IMG/VR virus record: IMGVR_UViG_3300048694_001252
Location: 51,247-115,246 of that record
Reading direction: 5' to 3' (one strand)
Origin: a virus
Length of the DNA: 64,000 nucleotides
Shown: piece by piece, positions 38,557-48,547 of the stretch
How positions within the stretch are numbered: position 1 is the stretch's first letter
Layout of the letters: every line of letters starts with the position of its first letter
The notes under the pieces: model-generated
What the model saw: only the letters and a program-made list of their open reading frames with translations
Told to the model about the DNA's origin: nothing
The model's database searches: none
Translations under genes and position numbers: made by a program

Positions 38557-39569
38557 AGGGTCTGATAGATTTGTAATAGCAGTTTGGGATCGTAGAATTC
38601 GCTTTCGATGTGCGAGATCTGATCGGTCACGATCTGATCCACACTTTCAAAACGCACCTGACCCGGAGCCATGTCTTCTTCCAGGGCCGCACGTTTGTTG
38701 GGTATCAGGGCCATCTCGCGCAGGCGATACTGATCCACAAAGGTCTCGCGTATGAAGTTGGCTTCTTCGTAGCTGATTTCGATGTCCAATTGAACCCTCA
38801 CATGCATGTTGGGCTTTAGGATATCAGCGGCATGATCGATCACGTGCGAGAGATTCCATACGTTGTATAGAGGCTGATCGGTCCAGGCATGATATTCAGG
38901 TTCGCCGCCCCATTCCAAGATCATGCAGCCGCGCTGACTGTCACCGGCATCAGCATAGTTGTGCGGAAACGCATTGCCGATATAGTGTATGTTGCCGTGA
39001 TTTTGCCTGAGATGGAAGTGTCCCGAGAACACCCGATCAAAGTTGGCAAAGTGCTCGCGCTTGATTTCACCGGTATCGGGCATTTCTACCATGGCATTCA
39101 TTTTGAAGTGCGGCAGTTCAAAGTGTCCGAACATGTAGCGAGCCTGCATCCGGGAGATCTGTTTGTGATCGTCACCTACCAGCCAAGGCGCTATGATCAC
39201 ATCGCCGCTTTCAAACCAGTCGTTGCAGATGTGTATGTTGGGTATATGTCGGGCCCACTCGGTGCTGTAGATGTCGCGCCGATCACGATAGTAGAGATCG
39301 TGATTGCCCGGTATGAAATACACCTGGTCAAAGGCCGCGCCGAGTCGTTCCAGGGCCCGCAGGCTGTATTGCAGAGTCATCATGTTGATACTGGCTCTGT
39401 GATGACTCCAGTCGCCCAAGAACATGGCAGTTTCGCAACCTTCGCGCCGGGCCAGATCTATGAACCAATCCACGAACTGCTCGCAGTCCTGATTGTGAAT
39501 CAAACTGTTTGATTTGAGTCCAAAGTGTATGTCCGTGAATACCGCGGCCTTGCGAAATAAATTTGCCAT
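38553..39569 (-). CDS. gp47: Recombination nuclease, gp47/SbcD/Mre11-like
   Basis: Metallophosphoesterase motifs DIHFG, LGD, GNHD, GHFE and SGHFH. Confidence 0.93.
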   Translation of the reverse strand: MANLFRKAAVFTDIHFGLKSNSLIHNQDCEQFVDWFIDLARREGCETAMFLGDWSHHRASINMMTLQYSLRALERLGAAFDQVYFIPGNHDLYYRDRRDIYSTEWARHIPNIHICNDWFESGDVIIAPWLVGDDHKQISRMQARYMFGHFELPHFKMNAMVEMPDTGEIKREHFANFDRVFSGHFHLRQNHGNIHYIGNAFPHNYADAGDSQRGCMILEWGGEPEYHAWTDQPLYNVWNLSHVIDHAADILKPNMHVRVQLDIEISYEEANFIRETFVDQYRLREMALIPNKRAALEEDMAPGQVRFESVDQIVTDQISHIESEFYDPKLLLQIYQTL

Positions 39570-39581
39570 GGCTCTAGTTTA

Positions 39582-40478
39582 CTATTCTTCCGAAACAGTT
39601 GCAACCCCAGATGGCTTGGTTTGACTATATTGACGCGTCCATGAGGGATTGAGACCGTTGATTTCGAGTATGTCGTCGCGTATGTTCTGCATCTTCTTTT
39701 CAATATTGAGTATGCGAGTAAACGAGTTCGTGATGGCCGCAGTGTAGTAGGCAAAGGGATTGGAGCTCTTGCTCTCATCAAATTGCAGGCCGATCTGGCT
39801 GAGTTGCAGCAGAGCCTGTCCGCGCATTTCTTCGTTGTAGGTGTATCCGCGCCAGTTGCTTCGGGTGGCATAGCGTTCGCACAGCTTCATGAACATCAGG
39901 GCCAGCTTGCGAGTCATGGCGCCATGTTCTCGGAAAAAGGTACCGCTGTCAAGATCACCCTGCCAGTGGCTTTTGCCCACTACGTAGGGTATACGATGTT
40001 CGTTGATGCGATAGTGGAAAAAGGGCGGGAAATTTACTCGTATGTGCGTGGGATCTTGAAGACCGTTTTCGATCGCGGCCGTGCGATCGACCAAATCCTC
40101 GGCAGTCTCTTCCACATCGTCGAGATCCAGGATGTCTTCCAGGCGACGTTTTTTGGCCTGAGATTTGGGTATTTTTTTGGGAGCAAGTGGTATATGTTCC
40201 CAGGTCATGACACGGAATACCAGATCAGTATTGGGTATTTTCTTTTCGTTTACTTCTTGACCGGTTTCGCGACTGAGTCGATCTGCGCGATTGCGCCGAG
40301 CTTCGGCTATGGTTCGTAGATTGATACGTGCTAGACTGGGCAGTATGATATCGTATTGATGATCCAGTACAGGATCGCGGAACACACAGTAGGTGTTCTT
40401 GCTGAGATGTATTTCTTTCAGGATGTCGCGATTGTTCAGATAGTTTACTCTTGCGGGGGTCCGTGTTTCAGTAGGCAT
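39582..40478 (-). CDS. gp55: Late-transcription sigma factor, gp55-like
   Basis: NYLNNRDILKEI, NWRGYTYNEEM and FDESKSSNPFAYYTAAITNSFTRILNIEKK. Adjacent to gp47/gp46 as in T4. Confidence 0.85.
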   Translation of the reverse strand: MPTETRTPARVNYLNNRDILKEIHLSKNTYCVFRDPVLDHQYDIILPSLARINLRTIAEARRNRADRLSRETGQEVNEKKIPNTDLVFRVMTWEHIPLAPKKIPKSQAKKRRLEDILDLDDVEETAEDLVDRTAAIENGLQDPTHIRVNFPPFFHYRINEHRIPYVVGKSHWQGDLDSGTFFREHGAMTRKLALMFMKLCERYATRSNWRGYTYNEEMRGQALLQLSQIGLQFDESKSSNPFAYYTAAITNSFTRILNIEKKMQNIRDDILEINGLNPSWTRQYSQTKPSGVATVSEE

Positions 40479-40499
40479 TACCTCATTCTCCAGGGTGAG

Positions 40500-40532
40500 T
40501 ATTTATTGTAGCATTTTTTACCAGTCTGTCAA
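40500..40532 (-). promoter_or_regulatory. Overlapping sigma70 and late promoters for gp55
   Basis: TTGACA-N16-TACAAT with a TGc extension; the -10 runs straight into TAAATA (TACAATAAATA). Confidence 0.7.
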
Positions 40533-40566
40533 CCTGTTTCTAATACTAAGCTGTTATTTTTATTGG

Positions 40567-40572
40567 TAAATA
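40567..40572 (+). promoter_or_regulatory. Late promoter box TAAATA
   Basis: ggTAAATAtgcgatAGGAacccaacATG. Confidence 0.65.
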
Positions 40573-40589
40573 TGCGATAGGAACCCAAC

Positions 40590-42446
40590 ATGGCCGGCAT
40601 AAAATTACCCCCAAATGTGACCCTGGACTCAAACACTGGTCTTTACATCATACGCAACCCGCAAGGGCAGACCATCAGAGTAGGTGCTGATACCCAGGCT
40701 CAACTGGATCAATATGTAAATTCAGTCAATACCGGTGTACCCACATCGATCACAGTCACCGATCCCAACACCGGAAATCCGCGTACCAGCAATTTTGATC
40801 CCACGGCGATCATACAACAAAGTAACGAAATAGCAGCGCAGAACGCCTTGTTGACCACGACCAAACGCCAGACTGGGCTGTTGGGCAACACCGATGGTAC
40901 GTACACTGATTTCCGGACCGGGCAAACACTGACCCAAGCCGAAGCAGCGGCCAAGATACAGGCCGCCGGGTTACCGCCCGAAGCTCTAGTCGCGATCACC
41001 CCTAAAAATGCTCCCACATACGCAGCGGCCCAGGCAGCAGTGAACGATACCACCAATACCCCCAGCAATCGCACCGGGGTCAACGCCGAACAGCCGTCGC
41101 AATCACCCGCGGCCACCAATACGAATATCGCTCCCACAGCACCGGCTGCTCCGGCAGTGGAAGCACAGCAACCGGCTGCTCCGGCTGCGGATACAGTTCC
41201 CGCGGCAGCAACGGCTCCGCAACCAGAAGCTGCGGCAGCAACCCCAGTGACTCCATCGGAATTGGCTGACCCCACGGTCAACAACGCGCCTCCACAGCCC
41301 GACGCTACAGCAGCAACACCGGTTTTCTACAATGATGAGTTACCGCCAAACAGTACACAGACAGCAGAGAATTTGATACAGAACACAGCGCCAGCTCCGG
41401 TTTTCTACAATGATGAGTTACCGCCAAACAGTACACAGACAGCACAGGATTTGATACAGAACACAGCGCCGGCGCCGGTGCCGCCCAGTGGATTGCCCTA
41501 TCGTAACGATTTTACCGGTAGTTATGTTGGTCAAAACGGTGAAGTACCTCCGATAATCGGTGACTTTAATCCCGAAGCCAGTCTCGAGCAAGCCATCAAG
41601 TCCGCGGCTCAAGATCAAAGCACACTGCAACAAAGGTATGGGCAAACTACCAATAGCGGTGATTGGCGTGTGCGTATACGTCTGGCGACTGGTGCCAATT
41701 ATCTATATAAAGACAACAGCAACGATCTTATGGCTCCACTAAGAACTAGTGATGGTGTGATTTTCCCCTACGTTCCCACAGTAAACACCAACTATGTGGC
41801 CGACTATGATGCCAAGGCTCTCACACACAGCAACTATCGTGGTCTCTTTTACAAAAGTAGCTATGTGAATGACATTGGGATCACGGGCACCTTTACGGCC
41901 CAGAACACACCCGAGGCCAAGTATCTCTTGGCCGTGATACATTTTTTCCGATCAGCTACCAAGATGTTTTATGGACAGGATGCACAGCGTGGAGCACCAC
42001 CGCCCGTGGTATATCTTTCGGGTTTTGGTCAATATCAATTCAATAATCACCCCTGTGTGATCGCTAACTTCCAATATCAGCTGCCTAATAGTGTGGATTA
42101 TATTCGAATTGATCCCAACAACCAAGGGCAGAATCTCGTGGTAAATCGTAGCCAGGTTTCCAGTTCACCCAGCCCAATCAGCAGCGTACTGTCTCGATTG
42201 GAGTCTTTGAAAAATATCATAACCGGTACCACGGTGCAGGCAGGTGCACAAGGTTCGGGTAATCAGGCCCAGGATCTGGGTGCTGTGTCAGGTACTGTGA
42301 GTGGGACTGCACAAACCACCTATGTGCCCACTCGCATGGATATCACAGTAACACTGAGACCCATACAAACACGCAGTCAGATCAGTCAACAGTTCAGTCT
42401 CAAAGATTTTGCCAATGGTAGCCTGCTCAAACAAGGATTCTGGTAA
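40590..42446 (+). CDS. Baseplate/tail-tube-associated protein (gp48/gp54-like C-terminal domain) with low-complexity N-terminal half
   Basis: C-terminal GVIFPYVP...THSNY...FTAQN..EA.YLLAVIHFFRSATKMFYG...PPPV.YLSGFG. Pro/Ala-rich linker with a 78-nt duplication. Confidence 0.6.
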   Translation: MAGIKLPPNVTLDSNTGLYIIRNPQGQTIRVGADTQAQLDQYVNSVNTGVPTSITVTDPNTGNPRTSNFDPTAIIQQSNEIAAQNALLTTTKRQTGLLGNTDGTYTDFRTGQTLTQAEAAAKIQAAGLPPEALVAITPKNAPTYAAAQAAVNDTTNTPSNRTGVNAEQPSQSPAATNTNIAPTAPAAPAVEAQQPAAPAADTVPAAATAPQPEAAAATPVTPSELADPTVNNAPPQPDATAATPVFYNDELPPNSTQTAENLIQNTAPAPVFYNDELPPNSTQTAQDLIQNTAPAPVPPSGLPYRNDFTGSYVGQNGEVPPIIGDFNPEASLEQAIKSAAQDQSTLQQRYGQTTNSGDWRVRIRLATGANYLYKDNSNDLMAPLRTSDGVIFPYVPTVNTNYVADYDAKALTHSNYRGLFYKSSYVNDIGITGTFTAQNTPEAKYLLAVIHFFRSATKMFYGQDAQRGAPPPVVYLSGFGQYQFNNHPCVIANFQYQLPNSVDYIRIDPNNQGQNLVVNRSQVSSSPSPISSVLSRLESLKNIITGTTVQAGAQGSGNQAQDLGAVSGTVSGTAQTTYVPTRMDITVTLRPIQTRSQISQQFSLKDFANGSLLKQGFW

Positions 42447-42745
42447 TGGCCACTTACGATAGCACCAGTCCCTATTTCACCACGCCCTATAGTCAGTTCT
42501 TCTTGGACGTCATGAATAATCGCCCTATACCCAAAGAGAGTGATGATGTATTGACCACGATTTCACTGACCTATCAGTATCGACCGGATCTTATGAGTTT
42601 TGACCTGTATGGCACACCCACACTGTGGTGGGTATTTTATCAGCGTAACCCCAATACCTTGACAGCCCCGCCCTGGGATTTCGTGGCCGGCACCAGGATC
42701 TACTTGCCCAAGCAAAGTACCTTGAAATCCACGCTGGGATACTGA
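42446..42745 (+). CDS. Baseplate wedge subunit, gp53-like (LysM-like)
   Basis: YQYRPDLMSFDLYGTPTLWWVF..RN...IYLP. Confidence 0.75.
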   Translation: MATYDSTSPYFTTPYSQFFLDVMNNRPIPKESDDVLTTISLTYQYRPDLMSFDLYGTPTLWWVFYQRNPNTLTAPPWDFVAGTRIYLPKQSTLKSTLGY

Positions 42746-42747
42746 GC

Positions 42748-45624
42748 ATGGCCGATCAACCAGTTGCCCCAATCACTGCCGACACCGCATCTGGTGCCAC
42801 TACTGGAACCGACGCGCCGGTACGACCCCTGGATCAGACTCAAGCACCTGCCTATACTCCAGCTCGTCGTACCGGTAGACTGATTGGATTTGAATCCAAT
42901 CGCGGTGGCGCGGCTGTGGGAGAGATTAGAGCACCGGTAGAACCTGTGGCACCAGTTGCGCCCGGTGCAGGTGCCACTGATGATAATCCACAACCCGATC
43001 AAGTGGATCTCACTGGGGCACGTAGCTATCAAGACCTAGTCACAGAGTGGAGCGTGAAACCGCAGCCCAACATCCTGGATCGATATCCCAGCTATACCTG
43101 GCAAGCATCGGTCTACATGATGAGCCCCGAACAGGCCAATGCCTATATCAAGAATCCCCGCAAACGACCCAATGGTTACAATCTCCTGTTCCAGAGTGGT
43201 GGTGCGGCCCGGGGACGCGGCGCACCACGCGGCGCCAGTGCCGGCACCGAGCAAGAACTGTTTCAAGATACCGATAATCGCAATCCCTTCTTCAGCAACG
43301 ATTTCTATATCGATGAGATCACGTTCAAGACACTGGCTCCCGGTAAAGGCTCTCAAACAGTCCACAGTGATGCCGAACTCAAATTCAGTGTGATTGAACC
43401 TGGTAATATCAGTCTCATTAGTAGATTGGCCGATGCTGCGCGTGACTTGTCGCCCACGCTCGATGGCAAAACCAACTATGCCTCGGCATCATATCTCATG
43501 ATCATTACCTTTTGGGCCCAGGATCAAGACGGTAACATGGTACAGGTAGGCGAGCGATCATCCACCAATCCCGAAGGGGCCTTGGTAGAAAAATACCTGC
43601 CCTTTACCATACAAAAAATATCCTATACCATCGGCAGCGGCCTGGTCAAATACGAATGGGCATGTGCCGTGACCGGCTTGTGGGAGGGAACCACCACACG
43701 CTGGAATACCATACGAAACACTGTGGAGTTACGCGGTGCCACTGTGGATGAAATGCTCAATGGTGCCAATCCCGCTACGATACAAGAACAGCAAGCGGCA
43801 GCCGACACGGCTACTACCACTACAACCGCGACCCCAACTGCTCCGCCTCGTCGCACTGGTAGACTGATTGGATTTGAATCCAACCGTGGTGGTGCGGCTG
43901 TGGGTCAGATACGCGCATCCACGCTACCCCCACCCAAAAGCAACGTTTCCCAGAGTGCTCTTGGACTCATGGACTATCTCAATGCACAGGAAAAGCAGGA
44001 TGTGCGCAACGGTTTGAAAAACATAGCCAATGAATATGTGCTGGAATACACACCCGAAGCAGAAGCTCTGATCAAATCAGCCCAATTACGCAAGGTCGGC
44101 GAAACAGTAAACAAAGCGGCCACGTCCATGGAACAGGCCAAGTCGCAGGACCCCCAATCGGCCAATCCTGACAAAGGTGGGCAGAGCATAAACACTCGCC
44201 TATTGTCAATAGCAGGCGGCGCTCAAGTGGTCAAGATCATGGAGATGGTGATTCGTGGTAGCACCTATATCACAGATCAAGCCAATGTGGAATTTGATGA
44301 GGAAAATAATCTACCGGTACCCAATAAAAAAATACCCAGCAAACAGAATCCCGGATTCAAGTGGTTCAGTATCATGCCTCGAGCTGAAAAATTGGGATTT
44401 GATGACAAAATTAGAGATTATGCTCGTCGCATAACTTATACCATCAGCACATTCAATGTGGCTCTCATGATGAGCCCTTATTTTTCCAAAGGTATATTTC
44501 CGGGACTACACAAACGCTATCCCTATTGGTTCACTGGTCAGAACATCGCAGTCTTGGACTATAAAGAAACTTTCAACTATTCCTATTTGATAACCAATAG
44601 TGGTAGTCCCGATAGTAAAAGTGTCAAAGCTACCACCGATGAAAATATGACTACTAGCATGGTAGTCATACCCTACGTAGCGATAGCAGCACGATCCAGC
44701 GAAAGTGGCCAAGGCGCTCAAAATCGCGCCAACGATATAGCAGCCAACGCAGCCGAAAATCTTTTCAATCCAGCCGATCTAGGCACTGCAAAAATCACTA
44801 TCCTGGGAGATCCAGCCTGGATCATGCAGGGCAGTATGCTGAATTCAGGACTCAATACTTCCAACGATACTCGTGGCTTCAACGATGATGGTAGTATAAA
44901 TTTTGATACCCAGCAGGCGCTCTGGGAAATAGTGTGGCAGAAGCCCGAAGATTATGATCTTGCCACTGGATTGGCTGATCCCTATAGTCGCACCGAACGA
45001 CTTTACAAAACTCGCCAGGCTCTCCAGAGTCGGGTATATATAGCCAATACGATAGAAAACTTTTTCCGCGGTGGTGAATTCACACAGACTATTGAGGGTA
45101 GCCTGGTACCAATACCAGTTGATGCCCAAGTCAGCGCAGACGCCAAAACCGAATTTGATGCACAAAATCAAGCCGCTACCGAGGCTGCCGGTGGTATGGA
45201 TACTCAATCGGATCAACGCGAACAGCCTGTGAGCGATAATCGATCGGTACCGGCTGTATCCCAGGCCTTGAACGGTGCTGCTGGAGAAATCGCAGGTGGC
45301 GTAGAACCCACATCAGTTGTGCTCAACAACGATTTCTTCAACGCAGCGCGTATGCAAAACACCGCCGGTGGTGCATCGGCTCTGTTGGTAGCAGCCACAC
45401 CTACCTTGTCTAATATCATTCCACTCAATAATGGTGTTAGCAGTATGTCTCAAATGATAAATTCTGCAGTGGCCAATGCTGCACCTGGTATCGCAACAGT
45501 ACAAACAGCACCGGCACCCTTGCCGGTAATCAGCAATGGACAGGTAGTGGGTGGTGCACAACCCACCACAGGCGAGGTCAACCCCGTGGTGTCGCAACCA
45601 CAGAACATGGCAAGAGAAACCTAA
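42748..45624 (+). CDS. Large baseplate hub/tail protein (958 aa)
   Basis: Lies between the gp53-like and gp5-like genes. C-terminal AKITILGDPAWI...F..GEFTQTIEG motif typical of hub proteins. Confidence 0.55.
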   Translation: MADQPVAPITADTASGATTGTDAPVRPLDQTQAPAYTPARRTGRLIGFESNRGGAAVGEIRAPVEPVAPVAPGAGATDDNPQPDQVDLTGARSYQDLVTEWSVKPQPNILDRYPSYTWQASVYMMSPEQANAYIKNPRKRPNGYNLLFQSGGAARGRGAPRGASAGTEQELFQDTDNRNPFFSNDFYIDEITFKTLAPGKGSQTVHSDAELKFSVIEPGNISLISRLADAARDLSPTLDGKTNYASASYLMIITFWAQDQDGNMVQVGERSSTNPEGALVEKYLPFTIQKISYTIGSGLVKYEWACAVTGLWEGTTTRWNTIRNTVELRGATVDEMLNGANPATIQEQQAAADTATTTTTATPTAPPRRTGRLIGFESNRGGAAVGQIRASTLPPPKSNVSQSALGLMDYLNAQEKQDVRNGLKNIANEYVLEYTPEAEALIKSAQLRKVGETVNKAATSMEQAKSQDPQSANPDKGGQSINTRLLSIAGGAQVVKIMEMVIRGSTYITDQANVEFDEENNLPVPNKKIPSKQNPGFKWFSIMPRAEKLGFDDKIRDYARRITYTISTFNVALMMSPYFSKGIFPGLHKRYPYWFTGQNIAVLDYKETFNYSYLITNSGSPDSKSVKATTDENMTTSMVVIPYVAIAARSSESGQGAQNRANDIAANAAENLFNPADLGTAKITILGDPAWIMQGSMLNSGLNTSNDTRGFNDDGSINFDTQQALWEIVWQKPEDYDLATGLADPYSRTERLYKTRQALQSRVYIANTIENFFRGGEFTQTIEGSLVPIPVDAQVSADAKTEFDAQNQAATEAAGGMDTQSDQREQPVSDNRSVPAVSQALNGAAGEIAGGVEPTSVVLNNDFFNAARMQNTAGGASALLVAATPTLSNIIPLNNGVSSMSQMINSAVANAAPGIATVQTAPAPLPVISNGQVVGGAQPTTGEVNPVVSQPQNMARET

Positions 45625-47136
45625 ATGGCTGAAAATACACAACGTACCAATGGAGTACCAGTCAACTATCGCTTTGATCGTGGCGGTACCCCGGCCCTGT
45701 TTGGACCGTTTTATGGCAAGGTCATGAACAATGTCGATCCCACCCGTAATGGTCGATTGCAAGTGTACATTGAGGCGTTTGGTACTGCGGCCGAGGATGA
45801 CGATAGCCAGTGGAAAACCGTGCAATATCTCCCGCCCTTTTACGGAGTAACACCACCCAATCTTACCCCATCAACCGGCGATGGTCAGTTTCCCAACAAT
45901 CAAAACAGCTATGGCATGTGGTTTACACCTCCCGATCTAGGCGTCAAGGTGTTGTGTATGTTCGTGGATGGTGACACACAGGATCCTTCCAAGGCCTACT
46001 ACATTGGTGTGGTACCCGTGAACAGCGTGAACCACATGATACCGGCCATTGGGGCTGAATCCAACTATGTGCCCGGCAATCCCAATCAAGAGGCCTATTT
46101 TGTCAATGCCAGCAGCATGCCGGTCACGGAAATCAATACCAACAACACCACACAGGACAATGCCAGTAGATTCTTTGACGCTAAAAAACCAATACAGAGC
46201 GTGGTGGCTGCGGCCATGTTCCAGCAGGGTCTAGCCGAGGATACCGAACGTGGTCCCATACATAGCTCGGCGCAGCGTGAAAGTCCCAGTGCCTGTTATG
46301 GTATCAGTACACCAGGAACTGCGATCTATCAGGGTGGTCTCAAACCCAAAGATATATTGCAAAAACTCAATGCGGATGAAGTCAAACCCGCGGATCTACA
46401 GGTGATAGGTCGCATGGGCGGTCATACCCTGGTCATGGATGATGGCGACATCGAGGGCAACAATCAACTGTTCCGCTTGCGTACAGCCAAGGGTCATCAG
46501 ATCATGATGAATGATACTGATAACTTCCTCTATATCATACATGCCAATGGTCAGACCTGGATCGAGCTGGGTGTAGAAGGCACTGTGGACATCTACAGCA
46601 GCAATTCAGTCAACGTGCGCACCCAGGGCGATATCAATATGCATGCCGATCGCGATATCACAATGTGGGCCGGTCGCGATATCCGGATGCATGCTCGGCA
46701 GGATATCATTCAAGAAGCTGATCGAAACTATGCTCTTACGGCACAGGCTGACTTGAAAATCTACAGCAAAAATACCCTGTATGTCAAAGCCGATGGCGCC
46801 ATAGGTATACAAAGCGCCAGCACCACTTGGAATTCCGGTAGCCAGTATACTTTGACCGCTGGCGGTATTGATCTCAACGGTCCGGTAGCACCACCGGTCA
46901 CCGCACCCACACCCATACCCAAGGTCAAACTAGATACTGTGAAATTTAGCACCAATAAAGGTTGGATCAAGGACACCGGCAATCTCGAATCCATCTGTAA
47001 TCGTGTGCCCACACACGAACCCTGGCCCTATCACAATCTTGGGGTCAACGTCAAGATTGAGTATGAATCAGGTCAACCCACCCCGCCGCCCGCGGCACCA
47101 CCAATCCCGGCCAATGTGACCTTGAGAGTAAAATGA
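45625..47136 (+). CDS. Baseplate central spike, gp5/VgrG-like (OB fold plus beta-helix, no lysozyme domain evident)
   Basis: GKVMNNVDPTRNGRLQVYI, GMWFTPPD.G..V, GHTLVMDD, RTAKGHQIMMND and RVPTHEPWPYH. Confidence 0.75.
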   Translation: MAENTQRTNGVPVNYRFDRGGTPALFGPFYGKVMNNVDPTRNGRLQVYIEAFGTAAEDDDSQWKTVQYLPPFYGVTPPNLTPSTGDGQFPNNQNSYGMWFTPPDLGVKVLCMFVDGDTQDPSKAYYIGVVPVNSVNHMIPAIGAESNYVPGNPNQEAYFVNASSMPVTEINTNNTTQDNASRFFDAKKPIQSVVAAAMFQQGLAEDTERGPIHSSAQRESPSACYGISTPGTAIYQGGLKPKDILQKLNADEVKPADLQVIGRMGGHTLVMDDGDIEGNNQLFRLRTAKGHQIMMNDTDNFLYIIHANGQTWIELGVEGTVDIYSSNSVNVRTQGDINMHADRDITMWAGRDIRMHARQDIIQEADRNYALTAQADLKIYSKNTLYVKADGAIGIQSASTTWNSGSQYTLTAGGIDLNGPVAPPVTAPTPIPKVKLDTVKFSTNKGWIKDTGNLESICNRVPTHEPWPYHNLGVNVKIEYESGQPTPPPAAPPIPANVTLRVK

Positions 47137-48533
47137 GCAAATTCACTTTCACCAATCCCTTGAATGGTCAGATCATAGAAGTAGAAGGTCCGCCCACGTT
47201 GACCCAGGCCCAGGCTCAAGAGATTTTCAAACAGCAGTTTGATGCCGGTAGCCTGGTGGGTCTCCGATCCGGCGACACCATCAACAGCGCCAGTCAACTG
47301 GCTGGTGGTCTGCTGAGTTCAGCGGCACAGGTAAGTCAATCACTGTTACCCCAGGCATCGACACTGCTGAATCAAGGGCTACCCCAGGCTCTAACAACTG
47401 CTTCGGCGGCCGCCACGGATATCACAGACAAAATCAAGAACGTGGTGCCTACATTGCCCATCAACATGGGAGACCTGGCCAAACAGACCAGTTCCTTGAT
47501 GCCCATGCAGGGTCTGGATCAACTGGATGTGAGATCTACCTTGAGTCAGGCCAGTAAACTGGTAAGTCAAGCCGCCGATCAAGTGTCAAATGAACTGGGC
47601 GCTGGCAAATTTGGATTTGATGCTCAGCAGTTGGAACGTGCCGGTGTGCTCAAACCAGGCACATTTAGTACCTATCTCGCAGATGGCACTGCCAATCTTA
47701 CTTCGGTGCTAAACAGCCCCTCGGTCTGGACCGGTGCCAATGGCATAACCGATGTCGACAAATTATTGAGTTCGGTACCCACGCAGAATCTCATACAGCA
47801 GGATCTCATGAGTCAGGGTCTGTCCGGAGTCAAGGAACTGGGTGTGAATATTGACAAGCTGGGTAAATCTCTACAGGCCGGAGTAGCACTCAATGCCAGC
47901 AAAAGCATCCAGGACACAGTGGCCTGGGCCAAGGGCCTGCCACTTCCGGCCGAAGTCAAAACCCAGTTGGATCAGGCTGCTCGTGATGCTGCATTTGCTA
48001 CCGATCTTGGCAACACCGTGGCCAATGATGCAGTCAAACAACAGGATCCTGCCTTGCCCGCGATCGATACTGCGCAGAGGCAGACCGTGGATGCAGCCAC
48101 CACACGGGTGACTGGCAGCGACAAGATACCGCAGGTGGATTTTCAATCTGCTTCGGTCCAGGAACTATTGGGTACCACAGTGGCCACTTTTGGTATACAG
48201 GTGGATGTGTTGGCTCGTAATCGCTATACCGATCTCAATAACCAAACCATCGAACTCATACCCCTGACTGACACCGTGAGCACAGAAAAAAATCCCGCTC
48301 AGATAGCCAGTTTGCTCCAGCGTTGGCAGGATCTACTGGGCGAATATGATGCGTTTAGCGGTGAAATCCTGAGCCTCCAACGACAAAGTCAGGCCCTGGA
48401 AACTCGTAGTGGTAAACCTATCCCGGGCGCAGCCAACCTTGAAGCCGTGGCAGTGCGCATACCGCCCGCAGTGGCCATAGTGAAAAAGTATATTGATCGT
48501 TTGCAAAACCTACTGCAAGGGCTTACGAGTTAG
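47133..48533 (+). CDS. Hypothetical baseplate-region protein (466 aa)
   Basis: Coupled by an ATGA overlap. Contains GAGKFGFDAQQLERAGVLKPG...SVWTG. Confidence 0.65.
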   Translation: MSKFTFTNPLNGQIIEVEGPPTLTQAQAQEIFKQQFDAGSLVGLRSGDTINSASQLAGGLLSSAAQVSQSLLPQASTLLNQGLPQALTTASAAATDITDKIKNVVPTLPINMGDLAKQTSSLMPMQGLDQLDVRSTLSQASKLVSQAADQVSNELGAGKFGFDAQQLERAGVLKPGTFSTYLADGTANLTSVLNSPSVWTGANGITDVDKLLSSVPTQNLIQQDLMSQGLSGVKELGVNIDKLGKSLQAGVALNASKSIQDTVAWAKGLPLPAEVKTQLDQAARDAAFATDLGNTVANDAVKQQDPALPAIDTAQRQTVDAATTRVTGSDKIPQVDFQSASVQELLGTTVATFGIQVDVLARNRYTDLNNQTIELIPLTDTVSTEKNPAQIASLLQRWQDLLGEYDAFSGEILSLQRQSQALETRSGKPIPGAANLEAVAVRIPPAVAIVKKYIDRLQNLLQGLTS

Positions 48534-48534
48534 C

Positions 48535-48542
48535 TATAAATA
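48535..48542 (+). promoter_or_regulatory. Late promoter TATAAATA
   Basis: Exact T4 consensus 5 nt before the ATG at 48548. Confidence 0.75.
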
Positions 48543-48547
48543 TCATT

